A stretch of DNA of 32,000 nt. It comes from Candidatus Thorarchaeota archaeon (GTDB taxonomy: Archaea > Asgardarchaeota > Heimdallarchaeia > Hodarchaeales > Hodarchaeaceae). The stretch lies in contig JBHLRO010000004.1 in NCBI GenBank assembly GCA_048882505.1, positions 20,193-52,192 on the forward strand, given 5' to 3'. Positions within the stretch are counted from its first letter, which is position 1, and each line of letters begins with the position of its first letter. The position numbers and the translations under genes were made by a program. Shown in pieces: positions 17,979-27,384 of the stretch. The notes under the pieces were generated by a model, which ran no database searches, was not told the DNA's origin, and saw nothing but the letters and a program-made list of their open reading frames with translations.

Positions 17979-19118
17979 TTAATCAGAAACTAAAAATTTA
18001 TCCAATTTGTTCTTCGCTCTTACTCGTTCGGAACGATGACGTTCGAGGAAGGCATTTATTTTCTGAATTAAGTACTCCTTTAGTTCACCTGTCAAGAGGT
18101 CTCCATTACGATAATCTTCTTCGAGTTGTTGAAGCTTCTTGTCGTCTGGCTCAAAGAAGATCTTCAACCACTGGAAACTTACATCAATGTCAGGGTCTCC
18201 GCCCTTTTTGCGGTGTTCCTTTATACTTACTTGACCCCCTGAGAAAGCGTACTTAGTAATTTTCGTTCGTACCATTTCGGGATCATCAGTGACATAAACT
18301 GTCGAATTTGGGTCTGATGCTGACATTTTACCATCGATTCCTCCTAAAGGAGGAATGAATTTGCATTGGATATTCGCTGGTTTGTAAAACCCTAGTCGAG
18401 GCAAGACATCTCGCGCAAGTCGGAAATGTGGATCCTGGTCGATGGCATGAGGAATGAGACATGGGACATTTTTTCCCTGACGAAGGCTTTCAAGAATTGC
18501 TGGAACAGCTTGGATGCTCGTATAAAATATCGATCCAATATTCATGGAGTTATCAAATCCAAAGGACGCTTTAACTGTCGAAAAAGTAATTTTCTTTGAA
18601 ATAGGGAGTGCTGCCTTATAAAAGGTCTTTGCATTATCTGTATCGATTAAAATTTCAGTCTTATGGGGATCGAATCCTAGAGCTATAACGTCCAGAGCAT
18701 TATCCCGTGCATATTCGTATGTTTGGGCCATATCAAGCTTATTATTGAACAGGAACTTCTCATCATCAGTCAATTGAAAGATCAATTTTACATCAAACTG
18801 GTCCTGTAACCATTTGGTGAAAACCCACGGCACTAAATGACCTAAGTGACAATATTCACTGGGACCTCTTCCTGTATAGAGATGAAATTCATTTCCCTTT
18901 TCATATTCGTCGAAGATCCAGTTCATATCGCGATGGGTGAAGAAAATCCCTCTACGAAGCATGAAATGGAGATCACCCCGTATATGTTTTTTGAAACGGA
19001 CAAGCAATGCCTCGTCAATGGGTTCGGTTCCGAACTGTTGAACGAGTTTATCATAATCAACACGTCCTCGAACATCCCATGGGGTGACAACGAAGTCCTC
19101 ATTACTAGGCCTATCCAT
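17979..19118 (-). CDS. trpS: Tryptophanyl-tRNA synthetase, archaeal/eukaryotic type
   Basis: VTPWDV N-terminus, YTGRGPS, HLGH (HIGH motif), AIDQDPHFR, KMSAS (KMSKS motif), KYAFSGG. Confidence 0.97.
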   Translation of the reverse strand: MDRPSNEDFVVTPWDVRGRVDYDKLVQQFGTEPIDEALLVRFKKHIRGDLHFMLRRGIFFTHRDMNWIFDEYEKGNEFHLYTGRGPSEYCHLGHLVPWVFTKWLQDQFDVKLIFQLTDDEKFLFNNKLDMAQTYEYARDNALDVIALGFDPHKTEILIDTDNAKTFYKAALPISKKITFSTVKASFGFDNSMNIGSIFYTSIQAVPAILESLRQGKNVPCLIPHAIDQDPHFRLARDVLPRLGFYKPANIQCKFIPPLGGIDGKMSASDPNSTVYVTDDPEMVRTKITKYAFSGGQVSIKEHRKKGGDPDIDVSFQWLKIFFEPDDKKLQQLEEDYRNGDLLTGELKEYLIQKINAFLERHRSERVRAKNKLDKFLVSD

Positions 19119-19220
19119 ACATTCAAAACTCCTGATTCATTGGTGATGACTCCTTCCAGAGAATGAAGTGACAATAAGCTTCGATAAGGCAGGAAAGCAT
19201 TTGGAGATGAAGATTAACCT

Positions 19221-19250
19221 AAAGAAAAAAGCTGGTGGATGTCCACTAGC
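19221..19250 (-). terminator. Hairpin plus U-tract between the MFS gene and trpS
   Basis: Minus strand reads GCTAGTGG-ACAT-CCACCAGC followed by TTTTTTCTTT (8-bp stem with one A.C mismatch). Confidence 0.6.
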
Positions 19251-19394
19251 GCCGAATTCCAGTCCAAAACGTTCTCATCTCCAGTTTTTTGGCAACATTC
19301 TCTGTTTTTAAATCTCTTTTGATAACCAAATTCACGATCTTCTTATTTATTCATAGAATTCTGCCCCAAATAATTTCGTGGCAGATTGGCCGTT

Positions 19395-20819
19395 TTACGT
19401 TAATTTATGTGCAAAATGATAGAATCCGCTGGTTTCATATAAGAATAACATGATGATGATTACAGCGATCATACTCAGTCCAAAGCAGAATGTGAGAACA
19501 CCCAGGATCCCCTGAAAACCCCAGAACACACCTCCTACAACGGTACCTAGGATTGATCCCGAAGAAGTGATCGCTTGAGTTAAACCCATTTCACGACCTC
19601 TAGCCCCTTCTTCAGTTACATCTGTTATCAGTCCTAAAGAGCTGGATGCAAAGCAGGCCGCACTGAGAAGAAATACAACCAGTGACAAAATAATAATGGG
19701 GGGAGGGATCCCAATCGGGAATCCTGGAACGAACTCTAGCGATTTTGAGGTAAATATATCAATTGGATGATAAACTATATCGATCACCTCTTGGGGAGGA
19801 AGTTTGAGAATTGCTGAGAGCATAACTACCAACAGACTCATTCCAACCACACCTAAAACCAGGAATGGCTTTCGTCCAATTCGATCAGATAATCGGCCTA
19901 TTGTAGGTTGCGCGAGTCCCATGATTCCAGCGCCTACAAGAAACAAAACCCCCAGTTCAGATGAATAATCAATATAGCCTTCAAGGAGTACGGCCGGAAG
20001 AAGATAGTTTGTTGCGGCCCCTGTGAGTGTAGAGTATGCCAGCCACGCTATAGCGAACTTTTGAAATTGCTTGTTTTGCAGGCTTTGAAGAACCGTTGTG
20101 AATGGATTGATTCCACCAGATTCGGCGATGGCATCTCCCATACCTTTTGTTTCAGTTTGACGAGGTTCTTTAAATCGGAATAGATACAAAGCCGTGGCGG
20201 CCAGCATAATAATCATGAAGAAGAAAAAGGCGTTTTCACCAAACAATCCCCAGGCAAAGCTGCCCAATAAAAATCCACTTGCGGCTCCTGCTGATTTCGC
20301 CAAATAGAATTTTCCCATGGTTTCTCCATGATTCTTTGCTGGTGCAATGTCTGCAAACATGGCTAGAACTGGCCCCGCCATCATGGCTGCCGCCAATCCC
20401 TTCAATCCATGAGAAAATGCCAAGATTAAAAAGTTCCATTGGGAATCCGCATAATTTACAAAAAGTAGTGGAAAGGGAACAAAAGAAATCGCAGCTGCAG
20501 CTGTTCCAATTATGAGCAAACGACGACGTCCTAGGATATCTGAAAGCGAACCAAAATAAGAAGATGTCGATAGAGATACCAAATAATAAATCGTTAGAAC
20601 GACTGGAAATTCAAAACTTGTTGATTGTCCATTTTTGAGGAGCGTTATAAAGTAGAAATTCAGAGTTATCGCAGACGATGAGAATGCACTTTCCGTTACC
20701 GCTACTGCGAGTAGAAGGAGGAGTTGTTGCTGACGTAGGATATAGGTAATAGGTTGACCAAAGAATTCCAATGTTCCTTTTGTGTATTTAGATATATCTG
20801 AAATTGAACGGCGTAGCAC
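19395..20819 (-). CDS. Major facilitator superfamily transporter
   Basis: About 12 TM segments, with MFS motif A in both halves (GSLSDILGRRR, GRLSDRIGRKP). Confidence 0.92.
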   Translation of the reverse strand: MLRRSISDISKYTKGTLEFFGQPITYILRQQQLLLLLAVAVTESAFSSSAITLNFYFITLLKNGQSTSFEFPVVLTIYYLVSLSTSSYFGSLSDILGRRRLLIIGTAAAAISFVPFPLLFVNYADSQWNFLILAFSHGLKGLAAAMMAGPVLAMFADIAPAKNHGETMGKFYLAKSAGAASGFLLGSFAWGLFGENAFFFFMIIMLAATALYLFRFKEPRQTETKGMGDAIAESGGINPFTTVLQSLQNKQFQKFAIAWLAYSTLTGAATNYLLPAVLLEGYIDYSSELGVLFLVGAGIMGLAQPTIGRLSDRIGRKPFLVLGVVGMSLLVVMLSAILKLPPQEVIDIVYHPIDIFTSKSLEFVPGFPIGIPPPIIILSLVVFLLSAACFASSSLGLITDVTEEGARGREMGLTQAITSSGSILGTVVGGVFWGFQGILGVLTFCFGLSMIAVIIIMLFLYETSGFYHFAHKLT

Positions 20820-20992
20820 TGAAAGATCGTCCAGATTTAATGATAACGGACGATTAAATAATTGGTTCTAATATGTAACGCTTTTTTTTCTCATTCAGAA
20901 GAAAAGGAATGCCCTTCTGAAAGAGCACCTAGATACGTCTTAGAGGCCAATATAGGGATAGTACTAAGTGTTTCGATTTTCCTGATTCCGAG

Positions 20993-22513
20993 TTAGTCAT
21001 ATTCTGCTAATAAATCTGCAATTGAGACTTCCTTTGTTATCATCTCTCCCAGACCGTCGAAAATCGAAATCGAATAGGCGCTTTCTTCTCCTAATCTAGG
21101 TACTTCGAAATCTAGAGCCTCTACAGGGAACCATTCTCGGACTTCTCTTTCCCACGAATGTGGTTCAAAGAGACCACCCTCTAGGAGGTTGATTTTAATC
21201 AAGACATGTTCAAGAACTTTCCCACTGCGATTCTGTAGAGAAATCCTTAGATTACGTTTATTCTCTGACAAGGCCACGTTGGTGACTCGGACGATTCGTC
21301 GTCTCAACTTCCGTTCCTTGTCACTGAGTGATGCGGCCGCTTGATCCTCTATCTGTTTTCTAGGAAGGGAAACAGGCGTATGAAAAGCGTATGATCGGCG
21401 TCGAGTGGCGTTATAGAGTTGGATCTTCTTTTTATTAGCTAGGTTTAAGATGGGATTAAAATTTTTCAGTGGTTCCAGTTCAATGTAACCTAGAGTAGCT
21501 GCATCCTGAAGTATTTCCATTCCTAATCCAGTTCTTACTATAACTGCATTAGAACCATCAGGAGCTCCCACAGAACCCACAGCTATGTCTGCATTTTCTG
21601 CGGTTAGATCTACACAATACCAACACGATGAACTTCTGAGGTGGTCTAGATCATGCACCGAATAGCTTAATACATCGCCAGCTCCTTCCTTAGGAATGAA
21701 ATGAAACTTCCCCTTTGAAATGGTCATTTTCTTTATATCTTCCATAGGCATCTTGTTTTCCACCTCTAGGAAGTGTTTCAACCGATCGTAAGAAAATGCA
21801 TCCATACAGAATAGACCGATTTTCAAAACAGAGCTTCGCATGAACAATCGGACAAGCCCATAGGGAGAATTTTGCATCTTGTTAACAGCATCAATATTAC
21901 AAGGACAACCAACAAATGCCACGCTATGCATTCCTGATCGAACTGCATCCAATAATTTTCCCACAGCTTGAGACTGGCTGTATATGGATCCTGCCGAGGA
22001 AAGTACGTCTTCCTCACTCTGAGCTATTATCGGCTTGGGTTTCCAGGGTACAGCGGGATCCTTAACGGTCGTTACCGCCCCATCTATCATATTCTCTCGG
22101 ATTAAGTAAAGCAAGAGACTCGTGACAACGCCGCCGTCCTGTCCCTTTTCCTTCGCTTCTGGTAACAGTGAGCGAGCCTTAAATGCATCGATGAAGTTTC
22201 CTATCAATTGTGGAGTTGTCGTGACAGTCTTTGGACATTGATGAAAGCATACTCCACATACCGTACACTTTCCAGTTAAGCGGGGTCGATCATTCACCAT
22301 TGACAAGGCATGTTCTTCACAAGATGCAATACAGGCCCCACATGTTGTGCAAAGGCCAGTCTCGATCACTTGTTTCTTCAAAGTGGCGAATTTGGCCTTT
22401 TTCCCTTTAAGACGCCGTGTTGCTAGACGATAACTTGCTGAGGATGCGGAATTATCTTGAATCTGGGTCATCTTGGTTCTGAACGACCGTTCCTTTGTGT
22501 GCATATAAATCAT
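20993..22513 (-). CDS. Coenzyme F420 hydrogenase/dehydrogenase beta-subunit (FrhB/FdhB) family protein with N-terminal 2x[4Fe-4S] ferredoxin and C-terminal extension
   Basis: CTTCGACIASC, CTVCGVCFHQCP, GQDGGVVT, SAGSIYS, GCPC, IGLFC, CWYCVDLTAENADIAVG. The true start may be one of the downstream Met codons. Confidence 0.88.
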   Translation of the reverse strand: MIYMHTKERSFRTKMTQIQDNSASSASYRLATRRLKGKKAKFATLKKQVIETGLCTTCGACIASCEEHALSMVNDRPRLTGKCTVCGVCFHQCPKTVTTTPQLIGNFIDAFKARSLLPEAKEKGQDGGVVTSLLLYLIRENMIDGAVTTVKDPAVPWKPKPIIAQSEEDVLSSAGSIYSQSQAVGKLLDAVRSGMHSVAFVGCPCNIDAVNKMQNSPYGLVRLFMRSSVLKIGLFCMDAFSYDRLKHFLEVENKMPMEDIKKMTISKGKFHFIPKEGAGDVLSYSVHDLDHLRSSSCWYCVDLTAENADIAVGSVGAPDGSNAVIVRTGLGMEILQDAATLGYIELEPLKNFNPILNLANKKKIQLYNATRRRSYAFHTPVSLPRKQIEDQAAASLSDKERKLRRRIVRVTNVALSENKRNLRISLQNRSGKVLEHVLIKINLLEGGLFEPHSWEREVREWFPVEALDFEVPRLGEESAYSISIFDGLGEMITKEVSIADLLAEYD

Positions 22514-22797
22514 CTGTTTTCAATGGTTAAAATACGACACCTAAACGGTCAGATTCACACGATTACGCGGCTAAATCTAATGAACATCAAAAAACAAAAC
22601 TTTGGTAGGATTTTTCCCTTCATAATGTTCTGACTACACATTTCACTGCATTTGGTGTCCCTTTTTGTGTGTATCTACGGTCTGACATGATGTGTGGGCA
22701 TAAGACTCAAATAATTATTGTACGAAACACCTTAAATCTTAAAAGATCCACCGAGAATTAAACACGTAACTTCTTGGAAAAACGAGGATATCGAAAA

Positions 22798-23301
22798 ATG
22801 GATGAAAAGTGGCGTGTAACCCCAAAAAGGATTGGACGGAGTCGAAAAATTCAGGTACGACAGTTTGAGCCAGAGGAGATCTTCATCGAATATGAACTGG
22901 AAGTAAAAGACCCATCCCACCGAGAAGAGGCGATAAAGGAAGCAACTAAACTTGCTGTTGCATATCTTGATTCTGAAGAGCAGAAATTAAGGGGAACCTC
23001 AGAGAGAATCGATTTATCATCCACCAAACAACAGGGCCCTCCTCCGGCCGAATATTCACTGCGCATTACGGATGAAGGAAAAAAACTTGGGAACTTTAAG
23101 TTGAAGCCTTCTGATGACCTTCAATTTGCAAACTTCCTGCATTTATGGTTTGATAAAGACAAGGGTGAAATCTATGTTGGGTATCTAAGGAAGGATACCG
23201 GGGACTTTAAGTTTAAAGCCGAGAATAAAGAGATGCTAGAAAAATACGGGATTAAAAAGGGTGTTCACTTTCGGACGATCAGAGTAAATGCAAAAGAGTG
23301 A
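22798..23301 (+). CDS. Hypothetical soluble protein
   Basis: Protein-like 167-aa ORF. ATG 22798 follows GAGG (the ORF track starts at TTG 22774), and an oligo-T tract follows the stop. Confidence 0.7.
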   Translation: MDEKWRVTPKRIGRSRKIQVRQFEPEEIFIEYELEVKDPSHREEAIKEATKLAVAYLDSEEQKLRGTSERIDLSSTKQQGPPPAEYSLRITDEGKKLGNFKLKPSDDLQFANFLHLWFDKDKGEIYVGYLRKDTGDFKFKAENKEMLEKYGIKKGVHFRTIRVNAKE

Positions 23302-23308
23302 TTTTTTT
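23302..23308 (+). terminator. Oligo-T terminator
   Basis: T7 immediately after the TGA at 23301. Confidence 0.45.
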
Positions 23309-23390
23309 CCTTCAAAAACCTAGACAATCGGAACATGATTAGGGAGGAAATGGCCAGTTCAAATGCGAAAAGGCATCATTGGACAGAAGA

Positions 23391-24299
23391 TCACGTCTTG
23401 GTGATAATCATGGATAAATATCCCACTACTGAACTCATGGGCCCGCAAGTCATTCCACTTGTGGCATAATTCAAGACTTTTGCAGACTTGGCTCCAAGAC
23501 TTTCCGTACAAGAAAGCAAAACCATGACTGGACCTAATCCACACATTGAAATTTTATTCTTCCGGACAACCTCCTCCAAAGAACTTGGATTTCGATTTAC
23601 CAGAGACTTAATAGCAAGTTTGTCGAGTGAGGAAACCTGTTCATGATTTAAGGATGGGAGATAGTTGCCGTGCGTCATATCCGAACTCGCGATCGCCACG
23701 GTGGTATTTTCTAAATTTTCTGCTCTTATAGCTTCGGCCAAATACTGGCCTAAAGCTTGTGCAAAACTGAACGGAATACGACCAACTGCAATTGGGGCAA
23801 TTCTAAAATCTTCAAAAATATCTTGAAGGAAAGGTATCTGTAATTCAATGGAATGTTCTTCCCGATGAGCAATCTCATCGAAATCTATGTGCTTCGCTAA
23901 ATCTCCGGCTAAGCGATTCTTATTACTTACCACCCTCGAAAGAAAGGATTTGTTCAAAGCAACCTCTCCTAGTGGTGTGTTCCAAGCGTCATGGGAGGCA
24001 ACAGAAACCTCGGGGCCAAGATCTGTGTGCTTATTTCCAAGTAAGATGACTGTATCAATACTTCTCCGGTCTTCGGCTAAAGATAAGAATCCATGGGCGG
24101 CCGTTGGTGCGGAACAAGCATACCCCGCGTGAGGTGAAATTAATCCTAGGATCTCTTTTTTATCTTTTCTCACATCTTTTGACGGTGGTCGCTTGCCTGG
24201 GCCTACCGAATGGAGATACATATTCTCTAGCTCTCTGATCAATCCTTCTTTATATCCTGCGTACCAACTCCCAGCCCTAATTGGCTCTCGTACTATCAT
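23391..24299 (-). CDS. MEMO1 family protein (AmmeMemoRadiSam system protein B)
   Basis: REPIRAGSWY, SPHAGY, GNKH, EHSIELQIPFLQ, ASSDMTH, MCG; the metal-site residues are retained. Confidence 0.93.
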   Translation of the reverse strand: MIVREPIRAGSWYAGYKEGLIRELENMYLHSVGPGKRPPSKDVRKDKKEILGLISPHAGYACSAPTAAHGFLSLAEDRRSIDTVILLGNKHTDLGPEVSVASHDAWNTPLGEVALNKSFLSRVVSNKNRLAGDLAKHIDFDEIAHREEHSIELQIPFLQDIFEDFRIAPIAVGRIPFSFAQALGQYLAEAIRAENLENTTVAIASSDMTHGNYLPSLNHEQVSSLDKLAIKSLVNRNPSSLEEVVRKNKISMCGLGPVMVLLSCTESLGAKSAKVLNYATSGMTCGPMSSVVGYLSMIITKT

Positions 24300-24557
24300 T
24301 TTCAGACCTATGTCCGAGGTGGTAATCCAAGTTCTTTAATCTTTCTTCTTCTACATTCCAAGCTTCAAAAAATCCCCAATCGCAACTCATTCCAGTTCGA
24401 AACCTATCTAAAAGAAGGATCCTCTTAATCTACTGGTCATCCTAGTGTTCGAAAATCCATTAATCACAAATATGGTGTCATTAGGCTTCGCAGATGAAAG
24501 CTTTGCGCAGCTGTTCATATCAATGCCCCAATTTGCCTGGTGTAAGGTGAGTCTTGG

Positions 24558-25517
24558 TTGAAGACGAAGGTAATCCTGATCGGCCGCCTAGCGGATAAAT
24601 TAGATTTGATTATTACTGATAGCCTTGGTAAGCTAACCACGAAAGATAGGGTAGTCACGAGCGTTGAAGCTCGAGACGTTATACGATCTTTTGATGGGAT
24701 GCTCTACCATGTCGCTTATGGATTGGTTCGCCTTGGTGTGCCGCCTACTGTAATTTCCCAGGTAGGACGGAACTTTGATTGGCATTTTCGCCCTCATTTG
24801 GAGGGATTAGGTATGGATCTAAGAGTATTTACGGATTCTGAGAAAGAAACCGCGTGTAGCTATATGTTAACGGATAAAAATGGCCATTCATTACTGGTCA
24901 ACCAACAAAATAGTTATCGTTTCTTCGCAGAACAACAACTTAAAGAAAAAATCTCATCTCAAGATTTGAAAGGATATTCCGCGGGTTTCGTTGCTACTGG
25001 AAAAGCTGAAGCTGATATAAAGTTTATAGCCGAGTTAGCAACTTATAATCGTTTTCTCCCTCTGATCTATTCCCCTGATGAAAATGTTAATGAACTAACC
25101 AAGTGGAAACTTGAACCCATCTTCAAGACAGTCGCGCTGCTGATTTGCCGTGAAGAGGAATTGCTGATAATTGAGAACCGATTGGGTAAATCACGAACTG
25201 AAATGTTAAGCCAGTTTAATACCTTAAAATATATTGTCTCAATAACCGATAGAACCAAAATCGTTGTACATGAAGAGAAAGCAGCTATGAAAATTTCTGA
25301 GGGGCCTGCAGATGAAATCAATAGTAAAATGGGTTGGGAAAACGCCTTCAGGGCCGGGGTGATTTTTGGGGTCGCAATGAAGAAACCTATCGAAGAAGCA
25401 GCGAAATTAGGTTCAGCTCTGGCCTCATATGCAGTCGAACGAAAAAAATATTCTCCCAGTCCCGAACAGATTGCACTTCGTGCGTTTGAGGTAAAAAGCA
25501 TCCGACAACAAATATAG
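24558..25517 (+). CDS. PfkB/ribokinase-fold protein (nucleoside-kinase-like) with degenerate catalytic motif
   Basis: Fold markers VAYGLVRLG, VGRNF, TACSYMLTD and AFRAGVIFG...EEAAKLGSALASYAVE, but GWEN where GAGD is expected. SD AGGTGAG lies upstream of the TTG. Confidence 0.75.
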   Translation: MKTKVILIGRLADKLDLIITDSLGKLTTKDRVVTSVEARDVIRSFDGMLYHVAYGLVRLGVPPTVISQVGRNFDWHFRPHLEGLGMDLRVFTDSEKETACSYMLTDKNGHSLLVNQQNSYRFFAEQQLKEKISSQDLKGYSAGFVATGKAEADIKFIAELATYNRFLPLIYSPDENVNELTKWKLEPIFKTVALLICREEELLIIENRLGKSRTEMLSQFNTLKYIVSITDRTKIVVHEEKAAMKISEGPADEINSKMGWENAFRAGVIFGVAMKKPIEEAAKLGSALASYAVERKKYSPSPEQIALRAFEVKSIRQQI

Positions 25518-26418
25518 TCAGAAGGGAGAATGGGGAAGTGATAAGAGATAAAATGATCGCTATTACTCGTGGGACTGAAGCACTCTGACCCAACACCTTT
25601 TCTTCCTGAAATACTTTGGATACTAAGAAGAACATCAATGGAAGATCAAAAACTGACACCAAAGAGGAAGAAATAAATTCTGTTACACCATAAAATGAGT
25701 TACCATCAGTTAACGGGGGAAATATGGCTGAAAGAGTGATAAACGCCAAATTAATGCATATATGATAAGAAAAAGATAAAATTCATTTGGAGTTGGATCT
25801 AGAAAGGCAAGTGAAGAACCAGCAGCAAAATATAGGTAAATGATGAACAGAACGAAAAAACCGCGAATATATATGACTTTAAGAGCCAGGAACGCTTGTT
25901 TTGAGATATATAATCTCTTTGGGCATATTCATCGTTCTTAACCATTTTTCTGGGTTTTTCGTATTAATCAATCATAAAATCCACCACAAATTGATGTTAC
26001 TTTCTGCAGACATAGATTCCATAGAATAGGTTTTGACTACTTTAGAGAGGAAATCTCTGCTGATCCTAGGATTTCTCAAAAAACTTCTAAGATTGTCTTT
26101 TATTCCGCGCAGAAAAAATGGCGCGATCGACCTGATTTAAAAGGAGATAATATTCAATACCCTGATATAGATCCATTTCTTATCATGAATCATGGACTCG
26201 AGAGTTGTTCTACTTGGAGGTGATTTGGTGGTCAAATTCAGATTCCATAATCACTTCCTTGTATCGAAGGGTTTAAAAAGGCCTAGGACGTGCAAGGATT
26301 CTTAGGTTATAATCCTCATTAGGAGATGTACCAAAGGTTATTGATAATCCTAATAATTCATGGCTACACCCTGAAGCCACGAGGTCGGGACAATACGTAT
26401 TAAAGTCGGGAAAACAAA

Positions 26419-27117
26419 GTGCAAAAGGATACCTCTTCGATTCGCGCACACTTGTCAGCAGGTACAAAGCTTCGAGCAAAGATCGTGCTTATAGGTGACG
26501 GTGGAGTCGGTAAGACTGCCCTACGCAGGGCATGGTTAGGTGAAGGATTCAAAACAGAGTACCTTATGACCATCGGTGCCGATTTTGCTTCGAAAGAGAT
26601 GTCGGTCTATCATTCTGAATCGAAGCAATCCTATGATTTGAAATTCCAAATTTGGGATTTAGCAGGACAACCCCGGTTTAAGGCAGTACGGGACCTATAT
26701 TACCGTGGGGCCATGGGGGCTCTGTGTTTCTTCGATATTACCAATCCCGAATCCTATCAGAATCTGGTGGAATGGATAAAGGCTTTTTGGTCATTGAATG
26801 GACATGGCAAGAAACCATTCATAATCGTTGGGGCCAAGGTTGATCTACGTGAGAGCCCTGCTTTTCCATCACAGGTTGCCTCAAAACATGGGAAAACCTA
26901 TGCTGAAGAAGTAACTAAGTTTACTAAACACAAGTTCGGTTTTTCTGTGAAATATATAGAAACATCTGCCAAAGAAAACATTAATGTAGATGACGCTTTT
27001 CTCTTTCTCGCACGAGAAATAATCTCAAATTATATCCATCAAGAGAATATTAAACGAGATAGGAAAACCAGCCAGAAACGTATGATAGAACGCTCTGTTA
27101 GATATTCCAGAAATTGA
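26419..27117 (+). CDS. Rab-like small GTPase (Ras superfamily)
   Basis: G1 GDGGVGKT, TIGADF, KFQIWDLAGQ, RFKAVRDLYYRGA, G4 GAKVDL, G5 ETSAK. No C-terminal Cys prenylation motif. Confidence 0.92.
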   Translation: MQKDTSSIRAHLSAGTKLRAKIVLIGDGGVGKTALRRAWLGEGFKTEYLMTIGADFASKEMSVYHSESKQSYDLKFQIWDLAGQPRFKAVRDLYYRGAMGALCFFDITNPESYQNLVEWIKAFWSLNGHGKKPFIIVGAKVDLRESPAFPSQVASKHGKTYAEEVTKFTKHKFGFSVKYIETSAKENINVDDAFLFLAREIISNYIHQENIKRDRKTSQKRMIERSVRYSRN

Positions 27118-27384
27118 ACGAGCCGTTTACTAGTAGAAAAGGTTGTGTCGGTTAATATAGGGCAGGAGTTCTCAAGAATGGTTTTTAGCTAGTTCCTGGA
27201 GTTCTTATTCTTCAATATACGAAAGGAGCGATTTGACAAGCTCCTCAATTGGTTAACCGAGGAAATCAATATTCGGATGGATTATAGCTCCTTGTCAACA
27301 ACTAGTCACATTGATTAAGAAAATATGTACTTTGAAATGTATACAATTTGGGTTTTTTCGGGAAACCAAGGGCGGTGATTTGGT

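Noticed and set aside
17532-19174. Antisense or alternate-frame ORFs over the small membrane protein and trpS
   Set aside because: They are shadow ORFs of better-supported genes.
19119-19394. T-box riboswitch upstream of trpS
   Set aside because: There is no T-box UGGNACC antiterminator bulge or Stem I signature. It is reported instead as a possible peptide-leader attenuator.
23391-24299. Complete AmmeMemoRadiSam system
   Set aside because: No AMMECR1 or radical-SAM gene is present in this window.
25387-25749. 120-aa minus-strand ORF as an intact gene
   Set aside because: It overlaps the PfkB-like gene by 131 nt, has no SD, and its hydrophobicity could come from T-richness. It is treated only as a possible remnant.
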